Source: an uncultured virus (IMG/VR IMGVR_UViG_3300037427_003924) (Duplodnaviria; Heunggongvirae; Uroviricota; Caudoviricetes). From it: a stretch of 64,000 bases of DNA. Below are positions 36,510-47,100 of the stretch, in pieces. A program made the translations under genes and the position numbers. The notes under the pieces are model-generated. The model saw nothing but the letters and a program-made list of their open reading frames with translations. It did no database searches and was not told the origin of the DNA. Numbering within the stretch: the stretch's first letter is position 1; the number at the start of each line of letters is the position of its first letter. The stretch lies in IMG/VR virus record IMGVR_UViG_3300037427_003924. One strand, given 5' to 3'.

Positions 36510-39500
36510 TAAGTGACATAGATATAATTATTGCGGCTATATGTTTCGTTTATGAAATACCTTTAATCTTATTGGATAACGCCGTGGATGTGATATGGGA
36601 CTCTCTGACCATGGGGAGCCCTGCTTTGTTGGCGAATTTTTTTGGAGGAGGGTCGGTTCCCACTAATAGATCGCCGGTTACAGACCAACGAGGAGTGGTG
36701 TCCGGCAAAATTTCCTCGGACGAAAGCAAGGGGCAATTAGTAGTAGTAGATTCTGATGCAGAAGTTGTAGATTTAATAGGAGAAGGTTCTATAGAAGGCC
36801 TCGTCTCCGGGACATGGAGCTTCGAAGGAGCAAAGGGGGCCACTGGCTACACTACAACAACGCCTTGGATGGGGTCCAACGGGTTTACTCATTATATCGC
36901 GACGGGGACCCTCGTTGACTCAGACAGTGAGGAGGCCAAACAACAGCGCAAGGACTTGGGCTTCTTGCAGTCTATATACTGGAACAACACTCCTGTAGCA
37001 GATAGAAACGGATTCTATAATTTCTCCAATATCAACGTTGAATATACTAAGGGGCTACCAGAGGGCAATTTAGCAGCTTTAAATCCAGACCTCCCTTTTC
37101 AGGAATCGATGGATTTGACAGTTGAAAGACCTATTGGGGAAAGATTGTACGGCCTTTCCCTCCAAGGGGGCAGTATCCCCAGCGCCACAAAAGACAGTAC
37201 ACCATCCCAGAGCGAATTGGCGGAAAGCGCCGCTATAGATACTGTTGCTAAAACTTATTCAATAATCAACAAAGAATGCGGCAAAGTTCAATTACGCGTG
37301 AGAGTGTCTCAGTTGTTCGAACAAATAAGAGACGATGATGCCCCTAGGAGTTATGATGAAGACGATGACATCCCAGCAGTGGGGTATGGAGACATTAAAG
37401 CTCGCTCTATTAGATACAATATTTATTACCGCCCTTTATTTGACACTTACTCAGACACTACCGACGGTACACCCCCAGAAATCCCTAAATGGGAATTTTA
37501 CAAAACGGAAACTATACAAGGTCATGTAGATCAAGTATATGTGCGTTCTACAACTATAGACTTCCCTTCTGAATATTTTGATCAACCCGGCTTCAATGGA
37601 TGGGAAATTAAAATCATCAGGACAACCCCAGAGTCTCTTACTGCTTATTTAAAAAACCAAAGCTTTGTAGATTCTATTGTAGAAATTTATGGCACTAAGC
37701 TGCGTTACCCTTATAGCAGCATGGTATACTCTAAATTTGATGCCGAATTTTTTAGCAGAATTCCTTCGCGCTCGTACGACACGAAGCTTTTAAAAGTTAA
37801 GATCCCTAACAATTACAACCCCATAAAGAAAACGTACGGCAGAAGTGATGCGCTAACCATACTAGACGCGGGATGGGGGCTAGGAGGCGGTACAATTAAC
37901 TGTAAGGTTACTACTAAACTGAAAGAAGATCAATTAGTCTACTTTCAAAACGGGGCCATTATGAAAGTTGGGACCGAAACTCTCCCTACTGCTAGTACGT
38001 CTATACCCGCCGGGTCAACATGGGTAAGAGGAGGGTCACATGGAGCTCTCTATGGAAACTATCAATACCCCACTCTTGGAGACCAAGCAGCGACTACCGA
38101 AGGATACTCCGGAGGAACTGATAGCGATAATTTTTGGGATGGAGGCTTTAAGCAGATAGATCAGTGGCCCGCAGGGATGGCGGTTCCTTTTCCGACCCCT
38201 GCTCTTGTGGAAAAAGAATGGACCGATAATCCGGCGTGGTGTTTTTATGATTTATTAACTAATCCTAGATACGGTTTAGGAGACTTTTTGGAAGAATCCC
38301 AAGTGGATAAATGGGCCTTGTATGAAATTTCCCAATACTGTGATGTTATAGTTCCTGATGGAAATGGGGGGTTAGAGCCCCGTTTTACCATGAACCATAT
38401 AATCACTTCGCGCGAAGAAGCTTACAAGGTTGTCAATGACCTCTCTTCTATTTTTCGGGGAATTGTCTACTACTCTAATGGCCTCATACATGCAGTTCAA
38501 GACGCTTTCAAGCAACCCCTTTATCAATTTAACAATTCTAACGTGGTGGAGGGTAGTTTTAATTATTCCTCCTCCTCAAAGAAGTCTCGTCACAGCGTAG
38601 CAGTGGTAAGATATATAGATAAAACTAACCTATATCAACCCGCGGTAGAGTATGTAGAAGATCCAGAATCTATAAAAAGATATGGCTTACGTCAGATAGA
38701 AACTACCGCGCTGGGGTGTACTAGTCGCGGTCAAGCTCGAAGATTTGGTCAATGGCTCCTAGCGAGCGAGTCTCAGGAGACCGAAAGTGTTTCATTTGAC
38801 GTAGGTCAAGATGGAGCTTATTTGAAACCGGGCGATATAGTTCAAATATATGATCAATACCGCACCCCTTTGAAGTTTGGCGGAAGGACTAATATAGTTC
38901 AAGGAGTCGAATCTTCTCCGGCGGGACCGATAACCTACCCCGAGCCTGTAATAGTTGACGGCGAATATACTCTCGGCCCAGACCAAGGACCCGTAACGGG
39001 GAATAGTATTATAATTGATAATGCCGTAGCTTTTACCCCGGATACTATTTATAAGTTCTCGCTTTTAACTCCTACTTACAATTATGAGTCTACGGAAATT
39101 AGCGACCTAGCCTCCACGGATGAAGTAAGAAGGTCCCAAATTCAAAATTTATATTTCGATGGAAGCCATACCCAGACGATCACAGGATCTTATGGCGATA
39201 ACCTATTACGGTCCGACTATGAAGAAGGAGGAAGCGGGATTGCTACTCAAATTTATTTCCATACCGGGCTTATGCTCACAGATGGAACCCCTATAGGAAC
39301 AGGGAATCAGTTGGATTTCGACAATTATGTTATTACTGGCTACACCAATGATTATGTCAAAGGGGACGTGGATGGAACCACAGATGTCCCCGCTTCTTAT
39401 TCGGGGGGATGCTTTTCTGGAGAAAATCTAGTGTGGAGCGCTGAGGTAAACAACCCCACGGGAAGTGAATATATTAGTGGGCATTTTGCTAACTATCGTA

Positions 39501-42500
39501 TTATAAACGTTGCTGAGAGTGACCAAGATAATAGCTACGGAGTATCCGCTTTAGCCTATTCTACAGGAAAATATGACTACGTAGAGAATCGCTTAGCTTT
39601 TGAGGACGTGCAAGTAGATAAAAGACCGATTTGGCCTTATCTTCATTATAACAGAACTATTCCACAGTCGGGTATTCAAGACTGGGCAACTATAGAGGCC
39701 GGGCACCCTAATGATAATACCGCTGGGTTTCCTGAAGCTCGGTACGACGACTATTCAACGTTTGAAGTCACTTTCCCTCAAGCCTCCACCGCTCTCGAAG
39801 CTGGTATGGCAGCGGGCGTTAACACCCGGTATGACATACAGTCAGCAAGTAAATTTTCATTGCCCCAACGGATGAATTATCACATTTACGTAATGGAGCA
39901 GGATACATTGGGGAATGGTTTCAATGATGCTAGTCTTACAAAGAACAGTTTTACTATCCCCATCAACGATGGCGGCGCTACTGAAAATGTAGGAGCCATC
40001 CTTCATGAAGTAACCGACGAGGAATATAATAAGAACTTTTTAATGACCGATTCGGATAACCTTCCCCCTGAGCGGCCGGTTCTTTATTACTTAGACGGGG
40101 ACCCTACAAAAAGCGCCTCCCAAAAAGGCTTTGCTATTGGGGCGACAACAGTAGAAGATGGTAAGACACCCAAGGCGGTTCAGTTTTTCTTAGAAAAATT
40201 AATTACGAAAGACACTAATTATTGGTTTGCTATATTTGCATTCAATAATCGAACCCGTTCCCGTGAAGCTATTGTCGGATTGATCCCTTCTACGACAGCG
40301 GTAGTCTCGAACGGTCTAATCTCCTCTAAAAGAATTAAATCTAATCAAACTTTTTCTCTCGTTAAAGGGCTTAATATAGATGGGTTGTCGACTCAAAGCC
40401 TGATTGGTCCCTCCACTACGCGAAATGCCTTAAATGTATTAAATTCCACTCAGCCTTCTTTTAACTGGGACCTTTCAAATATTTACGATGAAGATAACGT
40501 AGGTTTAATAGATTTTTATGACGATTACGGAAAGAGAATGGCTCTCTCAAGTACGCAGTTATACCGTATTACTATAAGAAAATATAACAAACGCTTCGAA
40601 ACTAATAGCGCGGTTAATGACTGGACCCCTTCTTCCGATATATATTTAGAAATAACGGGATATGAACAGCCAATATTTAACGCTTCTTTTGTCTTCTTAC
40701 GAGACTATAACAGTCCCCATATAGTTTCCAGTCTTCATGAGAATAGTGACGCCACCAAATATGACGCCCAAGGAAAAGCAGACGCTTCTCTCTCTCAAGA
40801 AGATACCGCATGGTATAAAGTAGATGAAAGTGGGGTTATATTCAAAAATAACCCTAATGCTTTCCCTCTAAGGCAGTTTGATGTTGTTGTAGAAGCTCAT
40901 GACAGAGATGGGGCCACTAGCGCGGGCAACTTCGTTTGGAACGGAACAATTAACCCCGTGCTTACAGTGGGAGAGGAAACAACCAATACTTACCAAGAGA
41001 TGAACGGGTATAACTTCTTGCCATGTTCTCTGGGAACACCTAGCGGTTTAGTGTTTGCTCAGTATGATGAAGACCCTAAGGATAGGTTGGATGATTATTC
41101 CTTCTTGACGCAAGGCCAAGCCCATACGAGAGAATACCCTTACTTGGCTCATGCAGCGGTTTATACAAATGGAGAACTTCACCTAAATTTGGATCTCTCC
41201 CAAGATCTGGCAGGCAATACTATTTTAGATCCCGCACAACTAAAGAATAGTTTTCCTGATGTAAGAGGTTTGGTTTATTATTATAGCACGGGAGACAACT
41301 CAAGTATTGACAGTGAAGTAGAAGGATTGAACGGGAAGAGTCAAATAGTCTTCAACCCAAATAATAAGGCTCCCTTCTTTGACCTCCAGCCGGAAAACAT
41401 AGCGAGCTCTTTTAATTTTGGGCGCCAAGGAAATGTTAAATATATAAAAAGCAATGGCGATTACGGCGACTACGGAAAAAAGAATTCTCCAGCCGCGACT
41501 GAAGGTCAGCTGGCAGAAAATATAGCGGAGGAAGGGCAACCTCCGGTTTATCGCGACACAGGAAAAAATGTATTAGTTTATAGATATTTTCATCTTTTTG
41601 ATAGTTCTACCGATCCCCGTAATATAATCATTAAGTTCCCTAAAATTGCGGCAAGTAATGTACAAAATCTTTATTTGACCGTGGCTCTTTTTGATAGTCT
41701 ATCTTTCTTAGAACATTTTGATGAACGGGGATTTCCTAAAACTAAAGCGTTAGATTTAAACGGCGCTGCTTCCGAGACAAGTAAAACACCAGTTCCGGGC
41801 GTAATAATAAAACCTAACGGAGATCCCGAGGTTGTAGCTCAAACAGTTGAGACTATTCTTCTCGACGACACCCTGAATTTCTCTACCATTCCATATGACA
41901 GCCATGACGCTGCGGGCCAACCTGTTGACTGGAAGGATGAGCTTAGGAATGAAACAGTGAATCCCCCAGTAGGGTTCATGCTCCCTCCGGGATCCCCTAT
42001 TTTCCTTAAAGAAAGGAGCTTACAGACCAAAGGTCAGTCGGCTCTAGCTTACAGGGCATGGTGGGATATAACCCTAGATCCGGGAGAGCAATATTTTGAA
42101 ATGGATTTTGATCAGCCACTAGTAACTACAGAGGGAGACACGACCCCATTCTACAGGGGGCCATATAAACTAAATCGAGCAGAGCTCCCTGAGAGCGAAG
42201 CTGCCATAGAGAAGATTTCTGGTCCTTTTGTGAAATATGCCGAGAGCGTCACGGCTGCCCTTAATAAAAATAAGTTTAAAGGAATATCCTCTATCGATTT
42301 TGAGGTGACACCCTCGAGTCTTCTTGAATATGGCACCCCGGGAGACCGAAGGCATTTTCCTTTCGAGGGATACCTCACTATTAATTTTGAGACCGAGCAG
42401 GACCCGTCTAAATATACGGTGGATTTAGAATTCAAAGGAATGACGGCGGCCTCCTCCCAGCAACAAGTAGTAAAAATAACAGATGGCCCCAATGAAACCA

Positions 42501-43279
42501 ATCAAAATTCTAATTTAAGGGATTACGTCCCTAATGATTACCCCCTTGGAGACTGCCGCCTTGAAGAAAAGTCTAAAAAATATATTAAACTCTTTCTCTC
42601 CCCCTTCTATATAGGCAGCGTCTCACAAGGGGGAATGTCTGCGGAAGAAAAGGTGCAGTCAGGTGAATGGTGGTGGTGGAGAAAGTGGTGGGTGGCGAGC
42701 CCCGGGAGGGTCGATTACGGCACATATAGGAATCAGTGGAAAAGTGGTGGTTATCCTGCAAATGGCGCACGAACCAAGGTACAGTTAAGAGCGGGAGTTA
42801 CCCTGAAGGCGCAGCCCTACGGAGCAAGGTACCTACAGTTTGACTCTAGGGTTACTGCTGGTGTTACTACGAATGTGAGGTACTTTAGCACCTTCGGGTT
42901 TCAAGACTACCTGAAAAACGCCACAACCAACGAGATAATAAAAGGCTGGGTTCCTAACAATAAGACGTGGTACCCCAACTTTAATGGAGGAGGAGACGAC
43001 CTTAATAACAATGGAAGATTTTACATGATGACAAACCTAAACTCTGAGGGATCCCTTGATTACATTCAAGAAGGTAAGTGGTCCATTGATACTTGGGTTA
43101 CGGGTATGGAGGGCTCGGTGGAAGCAGAGGCTCTTTCTAAACAGCAGCAAAAGGTAAATACTTTTATCGCCAATGCTTACGGGAAATCCGGTTTGGCTAA
43201 CTGGAACTTTTTAGGTCAACAAATCAAGATTAAAGGTGGTATATTGCAGACGGATACTTTTGACGTCGTACCCCTTTAA
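36506..43279 (+). CDS. Central tail fibre / host-specificity protein, lambda gpJ-like
   Basis: DLIGEG-x-IEGL, IY-x-N-x-TP, LRYP-x-S, WTDNPAWCFYDLLTNPRYGLG, DKW-x-LY-x-I-x-QYCD, EPRF, GCTSRGQARRFG-x-W. Confidence 0.93.
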   Translation: MISDIDIIIAAICFVYEIPLILLDNAVDVIWDSLTMGSPALLANFFGGGSVPTNRSPVTDQRGVVSGKISSDESKGQLVVVDSDAEVVDLIGEGSIEGLVSGTWSFEGAKGATGYTTTTPWMGSNGFTHYIATGTLVDSDSEEAKQQRKDLGFLQSIYWNNTPVADRNGFYNFSNINVEYTKGLPEGNLAALNPDLPFQESMDLTVERPIGERLYGLSLQGGSIPSATKDSTPSQSELAESAAIDTVAKTYSIINKECGKVQLRVRVSQLFEQIRDDDAPRSYDEDDDIPAVGYGDIKARSIRYNIYYRPLFDTYSDTTDGTPPEIPKWEFYKTETIQGHVDQVYVRSTTIDFPSEYFDQPGFNGWEIKIIRTTPESLTAYLKNQSFVDSIVEIYGTKLRYPYSSMVYSKFDAEFFSRIPSRSYDTKLLKVKIPNNYNPIKKTYGRSDALTILDAGWGLGGGTINCKVTTKLKEDQLVYFQNGAIMKVGTETLPTASTSIPAGSTWVRGGSHGALYGNYQYPTLGDQAATTEGYSGGTDSDNFWDGGFKQIDQWPAGMAVPFPTPALVEKEWTDNPAWCFYDLLTNPRYGLGDFLEESQVDKWALYEISQYCDVIVPDGNGGLEPRFTMNHIITSREEAYKVVNDLSSIFRGIVYYSNGLIHAVQDAFKQPLYQFNNSNVVEGSFNYSSSSKKSRHSVAVVRYIDKTNLYQPAVEYVEDPESIKRYGLRQIETTALGCTSRGQARRFGQWLLASESQETESVSFDVGQDGAYLKPGDIVQIYDQYRTPLKFGGRTNIVQGVESSPAGPITYPEPVIVDGEYTLGPDQGPVTGNSIIIDNAVAFTPDTIYKFSLLTPTYNYESTEISDLASTDEVRRSQIQNLYFDGSHTQTITGSYGDNLLRSDYEEGGSGIATQIYFHTGLMLTDGTPIGTGNQLDFDNYVITGYTNDYVKGDVDGTTDVPASYSGGCFSGENLVWSAEVNNPTGSEYISGHFANYRIINVAESDQDNSYGVSALAYSTGKYDYVENRLAFEDVQVDKRPIWPYLHYNRTIPQSGIQDWATIEAGHPNDNTAGFPEARYDDYSTFEVTFPQASTALEAGMAAGVNTRYDIQSASKFSLPQRMNYHIYVMEQDTLGNGFNDASLTKNSFTIPINDGGATENVGAILHEVTDEEYNKNFLMTDSDNLPPERPVLYYLDGDPTKSASQKGFAIGATTVEDGKTPKAVQFFLEKLITKDTNYWFAIFAFNNRTRSREAIVGLIPSTTAVVSNGLISSKRIKSNQTFSLVKGLNIDGLSTQSLIGPSTTRNALNVLNSTQPSFNWDLSNIYDEDNVGLIDFYDDYGKRMALSSTQLYRITIRKYNKRFETNSAVNDWTPSSDIYLEITGYEQPIFNASFVFLRDYNSPHIVSSLHENSDATKYDAQGKADASLSQEDTAWYKVDESGVIFKNNPNAFPLRQFDVVVEAHDRDGATSAGNFVWNGTINPVLTVGEETTNTYQEMNGYNFLPCSLGTPSGLVFAQYDEDPKDRLDDYSFLTQGQAHTREYPYLAHAAVYTNGELHLNLDLSQDLAGNTILDPAQLKNSFPDVRGLVYYYSTGDNSSIDSEVEGLNGKSQIVFNPNNKAPFFDLQPENIASSFNFGRQGNVKYIKSNGDYGDYGKKNSPAATEGQLAENIAEEGQPPVYRDTGKNVLVYRYFHLFDSSTDPRNIIIKFPKIAASNVQNLYLTVALFDSLSFLEHFDERGFPKTKALDLNGAASETSKTPVPGVIIKPNGDPEVVAQTVETILLDDTLNFSTIPYDSHDAAGQPVDWKDELRNETVNPPVGFMLPPGSPIFLKERSLQTKGQSALAYRAWWDITLDPGEQYFEMDFDQPLVTTEGDTTPFYRGPYKLNRAELPESEAAIEKISGPFVKYAESVTAALNKNKFKGISSIDFEVTPSSLLEYGTPGDRRHFPFEGYLTINFETEQDPSKYTVDLEFKGMTAASSQQQVVKITDGPNETNQNSNLRDYVPNDYPLGDCRLEEKSKKYIKLFLSPFYIGSVSQGGMSAEEKVQSGEWWWWRKWWVASPGRVDYGTYRNQWKSGGYPANGARTKVQLRAGVTLKAQPYGARYLQFDSRVTAGVTTNVRYFSTFGFQDYLKNATTNEIIKGWVPNNKTWYPNFNGGGDDLNNNGRFYMMTNLNSEGSLDYIQEGKWSIDTWVTGMEGSVEAEALSKQQQKVNTFIANAYGKSGLANWNFLGQQIKIKGGILQTDTFDVVPL

Positions 43280-43291
43280 AATTATAATTAA

Positions 43292-44161
43292 TTGATGGAA
43301 TCGGCAGCTTTCTCAGCAAGTATAAAAAAAGATAGCAAGAATCTATATCTTTCTACTAATTATTTAGTTTCCACTCCTAACGGGACTTACGTTAAAGTTG
43401 GTAAAAATGAAATATTTTATCAGGTAGAATCCTCCCGTACCCTTCAACTAAAGAAGAAGTTCGTATGCCATGGGGATTATATCACAATAAAAGGAGATTA
43501 TACCTCCCAGATAAGCCGAGGAGACTCTGCTAAGCTTTATTTCGCCGAAAAAGAGGCAGTTTCCATAGGTGAAGTAGTTAAAGGAGCGCCTAAAAGAGCT
43601 TTTGGAGAAATTTTTGCTGCTCAAGGTGGTCATCAATCTAGTTCTCGGGATAACCTTACAGGCTTTCCCGCTTCTATTAGGATAGGGTCGGTAGATAAAA
43701 AAGGCTTTCCTCAGGAATGCTTCATAAACGAGGGAGGTCGTTATCTTACGCCGCCTTCTAATCCTGTGGAAGTTACCCATGAAGATGGCACTACCCTTGA
43801 ATTAAATATTGAATTTGATGACGCATCAGAGACTTCGGTATTTGAAAGGGATTTTCAACACGTTGAGTTCCGTGGTGGACTAACAAAACTCCACATGAGC
43901 TACCCTTTTCCTACGGATATACAAGAGGGAGAGATGATCCTTTCTAAAACAGTTTTCTCTTTATCCCAACCTTATTCCGCTGAAGGTGTTGATAACGTAC
44001 CTTGCCAGACTAGCTCCGACTTTTCCCCTATTAATAAAATCCCCCTCATGCCGCCTAGCTGCATAGCTCCCCATTCGATATATAATAAAGCGATGGAAAC
44101 TATTGATATAAGGCTCATGGAGCTTGAGCGGGAAATAACCCGCTTAAAAGCAAAGAATTAA
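43292..44161 (+). CDS. Hypothetical tail-associated protein
   Basis: 289-aa ORF after gpJ, beta-rich with a C-terminal coiled coil. Confidence 0.55.
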   Translation: MMESAAFSASIKKDSKNLYLSTNYLVSTPNGTYVKVGKNEIFYQVESSRTLQLKKKFVCHGDYITIKGDYTSQISRGDSAKLYFAEKEAVSIGEVVKGAPKRAFGEIFAAQGGHQSSSRDNLTGFPASIRIGSVDKKGFPQECFINEGGRYLTPPSNPVEVTHEDGTTLELNIEFDDASETSVFERDFQHVEFRGGLTKLHMSYPFPTDIQEGEMILSKTVFSLSQPYSAEGVDNVPCQTSSDFSPINKIPLMPPSCIAPHSIYNKAMETIDIRLMELEREITRLKAKN

Positions 44162-47100
44162 ACTGACCCAAACTTGGTAGTATTTTGGAGAAGCCCCCCG
44201 GGTCGCTGCTGCTTTATAATTTCCTGAACGACGACAGTCTGTAAAGCGGCACCCAGTTGTTTGTTTTTCTCAGCCTCTTTCACTGACCCCTCGGAAGATG
44301 CATTGCTACTGTCCTGAGAGGCATCTACGCTAGCATTTCCTCGTTTATCAACATTGACGTTGATGCTAACGTTATTGTTAATGCCAGCTCCTACTGTACC
44401 TGCCGAACCAACATACCCTCCATTGGCGTAACCGGGAACATTACCACGATTGAGCTCGTTCATAAAACCCAATCCGTGAGTACGGACGGTATCAGGACTC
44501 ATTACGTATTCACCACCCATTAACATAGCTGGAGAACGTTTAGCCGATCCACCTTGCGCCATATCAGGTAAGCCGCTATCGTTTATACCCACTCCCGCAT
44601 CCAAATAATCACGAGCGCTCATGCCGCCCCGTTGTGAAGCGCTCAAGGCATTAAAGTTTTTCCTGCCTCCTCCGCTTACACTGGCACCCGTTAATTCGGA
44701 TGTCAGTGGTCCGGTTTTCCCCATCATATAACTTCCGCCGATTAACATGGCTGCATTAGCGTAGGCGCTTATGAGCCTTCCCCTTTTTTTAGCCTCATGA
44801 GCTCTCACTACTTCTTTGCGACGACGAGTCTCATCAGTTAAATAGTCCTGATAACCCCCCATAGCCTCTTCCCTACTAAACATTCTAGCGGTTTGAGGGT
44901 CATCGGCTCCTAACCTTCCTGCTAATGATAAACCGCTACTTACATCGTAGGCACCTTCAGTGGGGCGAGACCTCTCACTTACCAAACGTCCAGTCGCGGG
45001 ATCTCTACGGTAAAAATTGAACCCCTTACTCAAGGAAATAGCAGCGCTCTGAGATGAACCACCCGCAAAGCTAGCCCCTGTAGCGTTAACATCCGGCCCT
45101 CCGTAATAACCGTAAGCCCCTCGACCATGACCGTAATCCTGCCCCCTCCAAGGGGAGGCCTGCTTTTGATTACTTTGATTAATTAATCCTGACACAGCGC
45201 TTGCTCCAGCCGAAACCGCAAACATCCCCCCCATACTGTACCCCGGCGCTCCACCATTAATTGCATTTAAAGCACTATAGCCAATCTTTTGAGCTGCAGA
45301 TTTTTTAATAACAAACTCCCCGCCATTCATCATGGCTGGAACATCATCTTTGTAACCAGAACCACCAGTTACTATCCCCCCTCTATTATACCCCGGAACC
45401 GAACCCCCCCGTGAAAAACCCATTTGAGAGAACAGCATGTTAGTTCCGATACGTGCTGTGATGTCTGAAATTGTATTTAATATACTATCGGCAAACTGAG
45501 CTATTGCGCTACGGGCATCTGTAGCTCCGCTTGTTATACTCTTAAACGCGTCGGCAAAAGAAGACTTCATGGATGCAGCGGCATCGGCTCCTCCTGACTT
45601 TAAATCATCGAATAAAGCGTAGTCGTCATAAGTCATTCCACCACGGAAACCTCGGCCAAAAGCGCCCCCTATATCACTCTGGTTAATGCCTTCTGTACGC
45701 ATTCTATTTCTTTGCGTGATATCTTGTTGCGACAAAACATCAGCAGCACTCATTTTCCCGGCCGCTCTAAGATCCTCGTAATATACTAGTTTCTTCTGGT
45801 CTACTATTTGCTTAGTTATGGCGAGCTCATTAGCTTTATCTTTATTGAACTGGCGAGAGATTTCAAGCATCTTCTTATCAATAGCATTCTGTTTTTCTGC
45901 TAAAGTTTTTGCGTTGCTATTCTGTATACCGAGCTCTTTCATTTTTTGATCGAGCTCCTCGCTTCTTGTGAGCAGCTTATCTAAAACTTTTGGTCCAAAT
46001 TCTTTTACTATCTGCTCTTCAATAGTGAGGGTACCTTTTTTTCTCTCTTTTTCTTGAACAGCTAAAATTCTCTCTTGCAATGCGTCAGTACCACCTCGGC
46101 CCAAACTTTGGAAAGTGCTACGAGCGATATCTATATTAGGAACGTCTACACCGCCGCCGAATGGCAGACCGAAGGCACCCTTAGGTAAAGCCCTTCCGGT
46201 CTTAGGGTCGAAAGCTGTCCCTGTGCGACCCCAAGTCCCTTTGTCGAATTTTGAGGCAAAAGTTTCAAATTCTTTAGCAAATCCTGCCACATCAGAGGCC
46301 ATTTGAGAGTCAAAAGTCTCTCTGGCCACGCGGCTCGCATTTTCAAAATTCTTAGCAGCTTCGTTAAGGGATTGCGCTAGCTTTGCGTCGGCTACCCCGA
46401 AAGTATCCTTAGTAGCTTTCGCTAAAGCCATGTCATAATTATTTTGAACTTTTCTTAATTCAGTACTTTGTTTTATTTCAAGTTGAGTTTCTTTAACTCG
46501 ATTTTTACTGGCTACTGAAGCTTGCCTGAGCCCCTCAACAAAAGACCGAGTCTCTCTAGCTCCGATTCTTGCGGCTGCCTTCTGCTCTTCTGGGGCTAGT
46601 TTGGATGCTGATTCTGCGAGTCCTATATCTTGTTTTATGGATTGCGGGCTAAATTGACTAGCAAAGGGCTTAGCCTTCCTACCCTTAACGTCAGTGGAAA
46701 TCCAGCCACTACCCGCTCCCGGGATGCCCCTTCCTGACAGCATGTTTATAAAAGCTATCCTAGCTTCCGGTGTATTTACAGTTTTCTTAAAAGCGGTGCG
46801 CGCGTCCGAAGCTATACCAGCTACGTCCATAGCTTTATCCATTCTCTTTTCAAAACCTCCTCCGGCAGCCATCAGCGGACTGGATCTAAATATATCATAA
46901 TTTCGACCCCCAGATGGGCCTAACCTCGAGGTTTGGGCGGTCAACCCCTGAATAATGCTTAACGCTTCTGGGTTATTCCTTAAGACGGTTCCTATGTCCC
47001 CTTTCTGATCCAGAGCCTTTGTTCCCATAAACTTACTATAAAAATCCGGAGTGGCACGAGCGGCTCTAGCTTTTCGCGCTGAACCAATCTCCCTTTGAAA

